Origin: an uncultured Solirubrobacterales bacterium
GTDB taxonomy: Bacteria > Actinomycetota > Thermoleophilia > Solirubrobacterales > 70-9
Direction of reading: 5' to 3'
Length of the DNA stretch: 64,000 nt
Assembly: GCA_963737575.1 (NCBI GenBank)
Contig: CAVTTJ010000006.1
Coordinates: 20,620 to 84,619 of the forward strand
In this document: piece by piece, positions 17,935 through 28,490 of the stretch
Layout: every line of letters starts with the position of its first letter
How positions within the stretch are numbered: the stretch's first letter is position 1
Made by a program: the position numbers and the translations under genes
Notes under the pieces: generated by a model
Databases searched by the model: none
Told to the model about the DNA's origin: nothing
What the model saw: only the letters and a program-made list of their open reading frames with translations

Positions 17935-20900
17935 GTGTACAGAGGCACCGGTGCATCGACGAAGGCGGTTGCCACACGCCTTCGAGTCGTTCGTGTCGCG
18001 GCGCTTGCGCTGCTCGCTGCGCTCGTCCTCGCCACCGTCGGCGCGGGGAGCGCATCGGCCGCGATCTCACATGTCTGGGTAAAGAACTTTTCGGTTGCGG
18101 GCGCAAGCAACGCCATTCCGCAGGCCGTCGACGCCAACGGCAACATCCTCTTTTACGACAACAACAACAACACCGTCGTGCGCACGGACTCCGAAGGCAA
18201 TCCCGTGCCGTTCTCGGCGTTGGAATCAGACGTGATCGACGGGGAAGGGGGCAATGACTGTCCAAACACGCCGGCCGATTGCGACAAAGTCCCCACGGGA
18301 AGCTTCACCGGGAACACGAGCACCAACTACATACTCGTCGCGGTCGACAATTCGAGCGGGCCGGCGAGCGGGGACATCTATGTCGTCAACCCCGTGGGCA
18401 ACCCGTGGGAAGAGGTGCGCAACGGCCAGATCGAGGTTTTCGCCCCGACGGGGAAATTCATCGGCGAGATCGACCAGATCCAAGCCCAGCCGATCAACTG
18501 CCCGCAGCCGACCGGCAACCTCGCCGGTTGCGAGTACAGCGGCATCTCGGTCGACAAGAACGGTCTCATCTACATCTTCGACAGCCATTGGCCGCTGAAC
18601 CACATCGAGCGCTGGGTCCCGATCGACGAAACGCCTGCGGACGACCACTTCCTGGGCGAGCTCCAGACCAACAACTACGACAGGGAAGGGCATGGGTACG
18701 GCGAGACGACTGCCAACGTCCCGCTTCCCTGCGCGTTGGACTTCGGCGTCGCGACCGCCGACTACACCTACTGCGGCAGCGGAGCCGGCCCTCCGCGGCC
18801 GGACTGGCGGAAGTACCAGCCATCGGAGTACCAGAGGCCCGCGAACCAGGAATCGGTGCCGATGAGCTTCCTCCCCGATCTCGGCCCGTTCGGGCCGTCT
18901 GGCGGCCATGACTCGAGCTGCAACTGCCCCGAACAGGCATACGCCGATCAGTCGACGCAGCACATGTTCGTGATCGGCAACAACTACGAAATCGCGATCC
19001 AGGAGTGGGACAAGGACAACCACCGGGTCGGGCCCGCATTCGGCGGCGGGCACATCGGTGGCGCGGGCAGGGAAGGAATAGCGGTCGATGGCAGCAACGG
19101 CCCGAACCGCGGCAGCATCTACGTTCGGTCGAACGGATCGCAGATCGCGATGTTCGGCCCGCCGGTGACGGTTCCGGACATCAGCTACGGCCCCAGCGTC
19201 GTCGGCCACACGACCGCGAGCCTGAACGGGACGATCAGCCTCGCCGGCGGGACGAACGTGCAGGAATGCAAGATCGAATACGGGTTGACGACGTCGTATG
19301 GCACGTCCACGCCATGCGACCAGCCGACCCCGTATTCGAATGAAACAGACGTGAGCGCGCAGCTGTCGAGTCTCTATATCGAGGCCACGTATCACTACCG
19401 CATCGTCGTAACGAACGCGCTCGCCGGCAACTACGGGACCGATCAGACGTTCCGCACGCACGCGGTCCTCGATGCCAAGACCGAACCCGCCACGAACATC
19501 ACCATGAGCTCCGCGGAACTGAACGGATCACTCGATCCCGACGGGATGAGCACCCAGTACCACTTCCAGTGGGGAACCACGCAGCTGTACGGCCATGAAA
19601 CCGAAACGGCGGATGCCGGATCTGGCTCAGGGGACGTCAGCATGGCGCCGCAGACGATTTCGAACCTTCAGTCGGGGCGCACCTATCACTACCGGCTCGT
19701 GGCGGAAAACAGCCTCGGCACCACATTCGGCCCGGACGCAACGGTGAATGCCGCGCGAACTCCGGCGATCGATGGCGTTTACACGACGAGCGTGGGCGAA
19801 ACATCGGCCGACCTGAACGCGCGGATCAACCCCAGCGGGTTCGACACGTCATACCGCTTCGAATACGGCACGACGCCCGGCTACGGGTCGGTTGCTCCAA
19901 GCCAACGACGTCGACATCGGTTCTGGAGAAGTCGATCAGACCGTGACCGCTCATATTGCCGGCCTCGTCTCCGGGGTGACCTATCACTACCGTGTGGTCG
20001 CGACGAACCAATGGGGGACCACCGAAGGCGACGACACGACCTTCGACTACTTCCCACCAAACTGCCCGAACGCCCACGTGCGGCAGCAGGTAAGTGCCAA
20101 CTACCTCCCGGATTGCCGGGCCTACGAGCTCGTCTCGCCGGGTGACGCGGGTGGGATCCAGATGTTTTCCGGGAACGGGATTCCGCATCTGAACAACGCC
20201 CTACCGCCGGAATGGGACAACCTGCCTCAGAACAGCGGCTACGCGAGCAGCCCGGCGCGCTTCGCCTTCTTCGGCGCGCTGGGTGCAATCCCGGGCACCC
20301 ATGCTCCCAACTCCCTCGTCGACATGTATGTCGCGACGCGGACTCTCGACGGTTGGGTGACAACGTACCCGGGGCTTCGGGGTGACCAGGTGCTCGCGGC
20401 CGTGGGGCCCCACTGCAGCGCCGATCTGAGCCAGTGCTACGACTTCAACTACGGCGATCTGTTCGGCACCGACCCATCCAACAAGCAGTCCAAAGTTGCG
20501 TACAGCTTCAACGTCGACGGGTCGTTCCGCGGAAGGCTGCCGACGAACGCCGCGGTCGTGCCGAATTCAGCCGAATATCAGGGAACACAGCGAGCTTCGG
20601 CCGACTTCAGGCACTTCGTCTTCTCCTCGAACAACTACCCCTTCGCGGCCGGCGGCGTCGTCGGCGCGCCGGGGTCGGTCTACGACAACGACACTGAAAC
20701 CAACTCGATCACGATCGTCTCGAAGCTGGCAAGCGGAGATCCGATTCCGCAATCTGGAAAAGACCCGAACGAGTATCTCGGGATCCCCGCGGTCTCCTCG
20801 GACGGCTCGCACATCCTCATGTCCACCGCCTCGGCCACGCCCGAAACTTCCCATCTCTACATGGCCGTCAACGACTCCCTGTTCTACGACGTTTCGAAGG

Positions 20901-22060
20901 GTTTCGACGTCAAATTCGTCGGCGCCTCCAGTGACGGCTCAAAGGTCTTCTTCACCTCGAAAGAGCCTGTAACCGCCGATGATCACGACACCAGCGCAGA
21001 TCTCTTCATGTGGAGCGAGGCGAGCGACTCGATCACCCGAATCTCCCAGGGCGACGGCAACGGTGACACCAACGAATGCGTGACTCAGTGGGAGGGCATC
21101 AATTGCGGCGTCGTGCCGGTGAATACCGGCGTTTCGACGGATGACGTGGTCTCCGCGGACGGCGCCATCATGTTCTACTCGCCCGAGCAGCTGGATCCCG
21201 CCAATCCCGGCGTTCCGGGCGAGCGGAATCTCTACCTATATCGCAACGGCTCCGTCAGGTTCGTCGCCACGATGGATCCGGGGTCGGTGATCGCCAGGTT
21301 GCAGATGTCCCCCGACGCAACCCATTCGGCACTGCTCACCGACAGCACTCTGACCGGTTACGACAACACCGCCCCGGATGGCGTTTGCTCCGAAGATTCG
21401 GAAGGCGGGAAGCTGACCGGGCCGAAGTGCCGGGAGATGTACAGGTTCGATGCCGACACCGGAGTCCTGCAATGCGTGTCCTGCAACCCAACCGGGGAGC
21501 CGCCGTCGAACGACATCTTCGCCAGCGCGAGCGGGCGGTTCATGAGCGACGACGGGCGGACGTTCTACTCGACCCGCGATGCCCTAGCTCCGCGCGATAC
21601 TGACGGAATTCAGGACGTCTACGAGTTCGTGGACGGCAGGCCGCAGCTGATCTCGAGCGGCACCGGCAAACAGGACGAATGGGGAGGCGGTCTCCTCATC
21701 TTCCCGCCCTCTGTGGTGGGCCTCGAGGCGGTGAGCCGCGACGGGACAAACGTCTTCTTCTCCACCTTCGACACCCTCGTGTCCGAAGATCACAACGGGC
21801 AGTTCCTGAAGTTCTATGACGCCCGCACCAACGGCGGCTTCCCGGAACCGCCGCCGGCGCTTCCCTGCACCGCTGCCGACGAGTGCCATGGCGAAGGAAG
21901 CGCGACCCCGGCCGAGCCACAGGTCGGAACCGGCGCGCAGTTGGGCGGCGGCGGCAACGCCCAGGCGCCGAAGCCCGAAGGCAAGCGACACAAGCTCAGG
22001 AAGCACCGCAGGAGCCGGAGGCATCGCAGGCACGGCCAGAGGAGCGTGCGCCATGGTTAG
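17935..22060 (+). pseudogene. operon gene B: NHL propeller + 3 FN3-like modules + PD40/TolB-like propeller, about 1370 aa, interrupted by a 1-nt frame disruption near 19897-19901
   Basis: ORFs 17887..20145 (frame 1) and 19892..22060 (frame 2) join into one protein collinear with the paralog at 24872..28490. Frame 1 reads ...FEYGTTPGYGSVAP, then frame 2 reads ANDVDIGSGEVDQTVTAHIAGLVSGVTYHYRVVATN. The GTG at 17935 follows the RBS GGAGAGGAG; the ATG at 17887 is an alternative start. Confidence 0.8.
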
Positions 22061-24809
22061 TTCGGCTTCGGTCTCACGGATGTCCTGGGCGCGACGGGCG
22101 ATCTGCCTGATGTTCGTCTTCGCAGCGGTGTGCGTACTGGGTCCCGCGTCGGCCCAGGGATTCACGGGGATCAACCAGTTCAACATGAACTTTTCGACGT
22201 ATCAGGCCGGTGGCCATCCGGATGTCGACATCGACCTGAACATGGACACGAGAGGCTCGCAGGGCGGAGTGGCTACGACCCCACCGCCGGGGACCTGCGA
22301 CTGCCAGGACGTCGAAGGCATCGACATCCATTTTCCCACCGGGTTCATCGGCAGCCCAGGCACCGTTCCGAAGTGCTCGCTCGCGGACTTCAGCACCGCC
22401 GAATGCCCGGTTAACGCACAGGTCGGAGAGGTCGACCTCGGGTTCATCGGCCGCAAACCCATGTACAACATGCAGCCGAGGCCCGAAGAGGCGGCGCTGA
22501 CCGCCTTCGAAGTGCCGGCCACGAACTCGGCGGCGTTCACAGTTCTTCATGGGCGCACGGGCTCGGACTACGGGCTCGATGCCACGACGACGGGAATCTT
22601 CCACATCCTGCCGCTCGGCGTGCTCCACATCCATCTCTGGGGGGTCCCGGCCCTGCCGATCCACGACGTCAACAGATGGCCGAAGCAGACCGGCCTCTGT
22701 GTGCAGAACGAATATCCGAATCCGTGTTTCGGGGTGACGGCTTCCAACAGTCCGCCCACTCCGTACCTTGAGGCGCCAACCACCTGCGGCACGCCGCTGA
22801 CGGGCGCCGTCGACCTTCGCTACTACGACTTCACCAACGTCCGCGCCGAAACCTCGGTTCCGGGAACCGTCGGCTGCGATCAGCTGACCTTCAACCCGAG
22901 CCTCACGGCCCTGCCGACCACGACGCAGGCGGACTCCGCCTCCGGGATGGACGTCGATGTGGTCGTGCCGCAGACGCTGGACCCCTCGGTCCCCGCGCCC
23001 TCGGAGATCGAGGGGACGACCGTGCACCTGCCCGATGGATTCTCGATCAATCCGAACGCCTCAGACGGGAAGACCGCCTGCAAGGACGAGGAAGCGGCCT
23101 TCGGGACCGAGAAAGCCGCAGCCTGCCCAGAGTTTTCGAAGGTCGGCACCGACGTCATCGACAGCTCGGCGCTGCCGGGGCCGATCAGTGGCGCGATCTA
23201 TCTTGGGCAGCCGCAACCGGGGAACCGCTATCGAATCTTCCTCACCGCCGACGGTTTCGCGACGCACGTGAAGCTCCGCGGCACCGTGCAGCCGGATCCC
23301 GGCACCGGACAGCTCCTGGTCTCCTTCGAGAATCTGCCGCAATCGCCCTTCCGCGAGTTCAGCATGCACTTCTTCGGCTCCGAACGCGGCCTGCTCGCGA
23401 CGCCGACCCAGTGCGGCACATACCCGGTCAACACCGAATTCACGCCGTGGGACAACGAGCTGCCCACACAGCACTCGCTCTCGTCCTTCTCCGTGGACTC
23501 CGGTCCGAGCGGCTCTTCCTGCCCCTCGAAGCCTCGGCCCTTCGCGCCGAGCCTCATCGCCGGGACCGTTGACAACACCGCCGGAGCGCATACGCCCCTC
23601 ACGTTCCAGGTCAAGCGAAACGATGGCGATCAGAACCTCAGCGCGGTCAACGTGACGACGCCGCCCGGGTTCTCGGCGTCGCTGAAGGGGATCCCCTACT
23701 GCCCGCAGGCCGCGCTCGACCAGCTCCGGGATCCTGCCTATTCCGGCCTGGATGAGCTTTCCCAGTCGAGCTGCCCGGCCGCCAGTCAGATCGGCACGGC
23801 GACCGCCGGCGCCGGCGCCGGCACCCACCCCCTCTACACCCCCGGCAAGGTCTTCCTCGCAGGCCCGTACCAGGGAGCGCCCCTCAGCCTCGCCGTGGTC
23901 GTGCCGGCGGTCTCCGGGCCGTACGACCTCGGCAACGTGGTCGTCAGGGTCGCGGTCCGGGTCGACCCGACCACGGCGCAGATAACGGCGGTATCCGACC
24001 AGATCCCGCAGATCCTCGAAGGCATTCCGCTGAGGCTGCGCTCGATCCAGGTCAAGCTCGACCGGCGGGAGTTCGGCCTCAACCCGACGAACTGCGATCC
24101 CTTCTCGATCGAAACCTCGCTGACTGGGAGCGAAGGGACGGTTGCGACTCCCAGCGCGGGCTTCCAGGTGGCGAACTGCACCGACCTGGCCTTCGGTCCA
24201 AAACTCGGCCTTCAGTTCTCCGGCGCAACCAAGCGGAGGGGGCACCCGGCGTTGCAAGCGATTCTGCGGACCCGGCCCGGTGAAGCGAACATCAGCAAAG
24301 TCGTCACGAGCCTGCCGAAAACGCTGCTGCTCGACAACGCCCACATCCAGAGCCCCTGCACCCAAGTGCAGTACGCGCACGACGCATGTCCCGCCGGCTC
24401 GCAGCTCGGCTCCGCCACCGCCGAGTCTCCGCTGCTCGGCGAGCCGCTCAGCGGCCCCGTCTACCTGCGCTCGGGCAGCCACAAGCTTCCGGATCTCGTC
24501 GTCCAGCTCAACGGTCAGGTCGATATCGAATTGCTCGGCCGCATCGATTCCACGAAGGGAGGCGGCCTGCGGACGAGCTTCGAAACCGTGCCGGACGTCC
24601 CCGTCACCCGTTTTGCCCTCAGCCTCGAAGGCGGCAAGAAGGGACTGCTGCAGAACAGCTCCGACCTCTGCAAGTCCCCGGGCAGCGCCGGCATCCGGAT
24701 GACTGGACAAAACGGGGTGGTCGCCAGCAGCCGGCGCAAGCCCCAGGTGGACTGCGGCTCCAGCGCGAGCCACAAGCGCCATCTGCACAGGGCGAGGAGG
24801 CCACGGTGA
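22053..24809 (+). CDS. operon gene C: secreted 918-aa Cys-loop repeat protein of unrecognised family
   Basis: The ATG overlaps the stop of gene B, with the RBS GAGGAG 8 nt upstream. The signal peptide ends ...VLGPASA. An N-terminal STYQAGGHPDVD motif is followed by four modules of the form LPxGF...C...CPxxSxxG. The tail is SHKRHLHRARRPR. Confidence 0.85.
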   Translation: MVSSASVSRMSWARRAICLMFVFAAVCVLGPASAQGFTGINQFNMNFSTYQAGGHPDVDIDLNMDTRGSQGGVATTPPPGTCDCQDVEGIDIHFPTGFIGSPGTVPKCSLADFSTAECPVNAQVGEVDLGFIGRKPMYNMQPRPEEAALTAFEVPATNSAAFTVLHGRTGSDYGLDATTTGIFHILPLGVLHIHLWGVPALPIHDVNRWPKQTGLCVQNEYPNPCFGVTASNSPPTPYLEAPTTCGTPLTGAVDLRYYDFTNVRAETSVPGTVGCDQLTFNPSLTALPTTTQADSASGMDVDVVVPQTLDPSVPAPSEIEGTTVHLPDGFSINPNASDGKTACKDEEAAFGTEKAAACPEFSKVGTDVIDSSALPGPISGAIYLGQPQPGNRYRIFLTADGFATHVKLRGTVQPDPGTGQLLVSFENLPQSPFREFSMHFFGSERGLLATPTQCGTYPVNTEFTPWDNELPTQHSLSSFSVDSGPSGSSCPSKPRPFAPSLIAGTVDNTAGAHTPLTFQVKRNDGDQNLSAVNVTTPPGFSASLKGIPYCPQAALDQLRDPAYSGLDELSQSSCPAASQIGTATAGAGAGTHPLYTPGKVFLAGPYQGAPLSLAVVVPAVSGPYDLGNVVVRVAVRVDPTTAQITAVSDQIPQILEGIPLRLRSIQVKLDRREFGLNPTNCDPFSIETSLTGSEGTVATPSAGFQVANCTDLAFGPKLGLQFSGATKRRGHPALQAILRTRPGEANISKVVTSLPKTLLLDNAHIQSPCTQVQYAHDACPAGSQLGSATAESPLLGEPLSGPVYLRSGSHKLPDLVVQLNGQVDIELLGRIDSTKGGGLRTSFETVPDVPVTRFALSLEGGKKGLLQNSSDLCKSPGSAGIRMTGQNGVVASSRRKPQVDCGSSASHKRHLHRARRPR

Positions 24810-24871
24810 CGGCGGGGATTCTGAGACGAGCGATGAGTGGCATGACGATCACGAGAGTCAGGGGAGGGTCA

Positions 24872-27800
24872 GTGGCACGCCGACGGCACATCGGTCTATC
24901 TCGCGATCGGCCTGACGACGATCGGTCTGCTCCTCGCGGCGGCGCCCGCCGGTGCCACGACCGTCTACACGCACAACTTCCTCGGGTCGTTCGACGGTTC
25001 AGGCTCGAAAGGGCCGGGCAATGTTTCGACCGGGCCGCTCAACTCGGTCGGTCCGCTCGCGATCAACCAGTCGACCGGCCAGGTGTTCGTCTGGGACACG
25101 GGCATCGGGACGATCGACAAGTTCGACGCCAACGGAAATCCGCAGGCCTTTGCATCGCTCGGGGCCGGCATCAATTCGTTGAACATTCCGTATCTGGGCG
25201 GCCTGCCGATGTACTGCGACTGCGACATCGCCGTCGACAGCTCTGGCACCTCCAGCCAGGGGCGGATATATGAGTTCCAGGAGGGGCAGGTGACCTACGC
25301 CTATGAACCGGACGGTTCCTCCCTGAGCGGAAACTTCCCGCTGGCCTCGTTCGGCGACATGTGCGGAGGCGCCGTCGACTCCCAGGGCAACTACTGGTGG
25401 ACCGCATACGGGCAGGGAACGTTCGCCTACGACGCGAGCGGCACGCCGCTCAACAAATCCGTGGCACCGGAAGGAAACTGCCACCTCGCGATCGACTCCG
25501 CGGCGCCGGGCTCGCACCCGACGGCCGGCTATTTCTATATCGCCAACTGGAACGGAGCGGTCCACGCATTCAACCCGGAAGGCACCTTCGAGTACACCGT
25601 CGACGAAGAGGGGACCTCGGCCGTCGCGGTGGATCCCTCGACCGGAAACATCTACGCGGATCACGGGGACCACATCTCCGAGTGGGCTCCGAGCGATCCG
25701 GTCGGGTCTCCGAACACGCCGGGCGCCAAAATCAGCACCTTCGGTGAGCCTTCCCCCGGGTTCTCCGGGCTGCAGTCGAACACCTGCTACCCGACCCGGG
25801 GAATCTCCGTCAACGGCGTCACCCACTACGTCTACGTGTCGGACTGCGGGAGGGTGGACATATTCGGTCCGGGCCAGGCCGAGATCATCCCGACCGTCAC
25901 CACCGACGATGCCGACGTAGCGCCGACCACGGCGGTGCTCCACGGGCATGCAACCACCGACGGCGGCGGCGACACAAACGGGTGCTTCTTCGAATACGGC
26001 CTGACGGCGAGCTACGGGAAGACCGCACCGTGCGCCGACCCATCCGGCCCGATCCATGACGCCGATGGAAACATTGCCGTGACCAGCGCGCCCGTCTCGG
26101 AACTCGCCCAGGGCAGCACCTATCACTACCGGCTCGTCGTCACAAACACCAACGGGGCCGGTTATGGCACCGACCAGATCTTCAAGCCGCAGGGGCCGCC
26201 GGAGATCAGCAGTGTCGGTGTGTCTGAAGTCAACACCGACGGGGCGCGGATCACGGCCGCGGTGGATCCGTCTGGAGGCGACACCAGATATCAGTTCCAG
26301 TGGGGGTCGACGAACGCATACGGCAGCAGCTATCCGATTCCGGATCAGAAGCTGCCGGACACCAAGAACCTCCGGACCGAGAGGATGGTGCTCAAAGGCC
26401 TACAGCCCGGAGCCACGTACCACTACCGGATCGTCGCGCACAACGACCTCGGCTCCACCGAAAGCGGTGACCACACCTTCACCACGTTTTCCGAGAATCC
26501 ATCGGGCACGGACCCCTGCGCGAACGCCCACGCGCGCCAGCAGACCGGGGCGGCTCTGCTTCCCGATTGCCGCGCCTACGAGCTTGTCTCGGCTGGGAGC
26601 ACGGACGGCTACAACGTGCAATCGGACCTCGTGCTCGGCCAGGTGCCGCTGCCGGCGTTCCCCAGCGCCAGCGGTCGCGTGCTCTACTCGGTCCACTTCG
26701 GCACGATCCCTTCGGCGGGGGGCAACCCGACGAACTTCGGGCTCGACCCCTACCTGGCGACCCGTGGCTCGGACGGGTGGACGACACACTATGTCGGGAT
26801 CGACGCCGACGGGACCCCGACCAAAGGGCCGTTCGCCTCGCCCCTCGGGACGGCTGACGCTTCGCTCGAAACATTCACGTTTGCGGGCTCCAACCTCTGC
26901 GCGCCGTGCTTCGGAGACGGCACCACGGGCATTCCGCTTCGCATGCAGGACGGCACGCTGGTGCAAGGGATGAAGGGAAGCCTCGAACCGGGTCCGAACG
27001 CGGCGACCGACGGGCTCGTCGCGAAGGCGCTCTCCGCCAGCGGCACGCATCTCGTCTTCGGATCGACCTCGAAATTCGAGCCGGACGGCAACTCGAACGG
27101 CGACGTCTCGATCTATGACCGCAACCTCTTGACCGGAGTCACGCACGTCGTGTCCAAGACGCCGGATGGGGCAAACCTGCCGTGTCTTCAGGGGGCGGGA
27201 ACGTGCCACGGACCCGGGGACATCAACGGCATCGGCGAGCTCGACATGTCCGCGGACGGCTCCCGGATCCTCCTCGGCCAGCGGATGTCGACCGACGCCA
27301 GGGGCAACAACTACTGGCACCTCTACATGAACCTCGCCGATTCCGAATCCAGCGTCGACCTGACCCCGAACCCGGTCGCCGGTGCGATCTACGACGGCAT
27401 GACCGCGGACGGCTCGAAGGTCTTCTTCACGACCACCGACAAGCTCAGTCCGACGGCCGATACCGACTCGAGAGCAGACATCTACGAGGCGGACGTCGCG
27501 GGGAATGGAAGCGTGACCTGGCACCTGGTCTCGAGCGGCACCGGCGGAGCCGGGAACGTCGATTCCTGCAGCCCGGCCGCGAACCATTCGAGCGCTCACT
27601 GGAACAGCCTCGGTCCCGCCGGTTGCTCCGCCCTCGCCTTCGCCGGCGGCGCCGGGATAGCGAGCGGCGATGGGACGGTCTTCTTCCTCTCGCCTGAGAA
27701 GCTCGATGGCTCGGGAGTCCAGGACCAGCCGAACCTTTTTGTGGCTCGCCCGGGGCAGGCGCCCCGGTACGTGACGACGTTGGAACCGGACAGCACGTCC

Positions 27801-28490
27801 GTCACCAACGCGCTGACGCAGTCGGCGGTCCACAGCTACTCCGACTTCCAGGTGACTCCCAACGGAGAAGACGCGGTCTTCACGACCAAGCTCTCGCCGA
27901 ACGGCTACGACAATCGCGGCCACTCGGAGGTCTATCGCTATGACGTGGGCTCGGAAAGCCTTGACTGCGCCTCCTGCGCGCCCACCAATGCGTTTGCCAC
28001 CACAGACGCGCAACTGGCCCGGTACGGCCTCAGCGTCTCGGATGACGGCAGGGTCTACTTCACGAGCGGCGACCAGCTGGCGCTCAGGGATTCCAACGGC
28101 CACCGCGACATCTACCAATGGGATGACGGCAAGGTCGATCTGATCTCGACGGGAACCGGGAATTACGACTCCGGCCTGTTCTCGGTGAGCAATGACGGGA
28201 CCGACGTCTACTTCTTCACCCACGACACCCTCGTTCCAGAGGACGTGAATGCCCAGCTGGTGAAGCTATATGACGCCCGCAGCGACGGCGGATTCCCGCG
28301 TCTCCCCCCGCCGGTTCCCTGCCAGGCCTCGGACGAGTGTCATGGACCGGGGACCCAGGTTCCGCCGCCGCCCTCCGTCGGCACCTATGTGGGGACCGGG
28401 GGCAACGGCAAAGCCGGAGCCCGCAAGAAGCACAACCGTCACCGCAAACACCACCGTCGCCCGCGGCATTCACGGAGACATCATGGCTGA
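24872..28490 (+). CDS. operon gene B': NHL propeller + 2 FN3-like modules + PD40/TolB-like propeller, polybasic tail; the signal peptide is split by an apparent 1-nt frame disruption near 24887-24896
   Basis: Frame 3 is open from 24846 to 28490 and encodes ...VYLAIGLTTIGLLLAAAPAGATTVYTHNF..., but has no ATG, GTG or TTG before 25083. In frame 2, GTG 24872 (RBS GGGGAGGG upstream) gives VARRRHIG, the missing n-region of the signal peptide. The tail is KKHNRHRKHHRRPRHSRRHHG. Confidence 0.75.
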
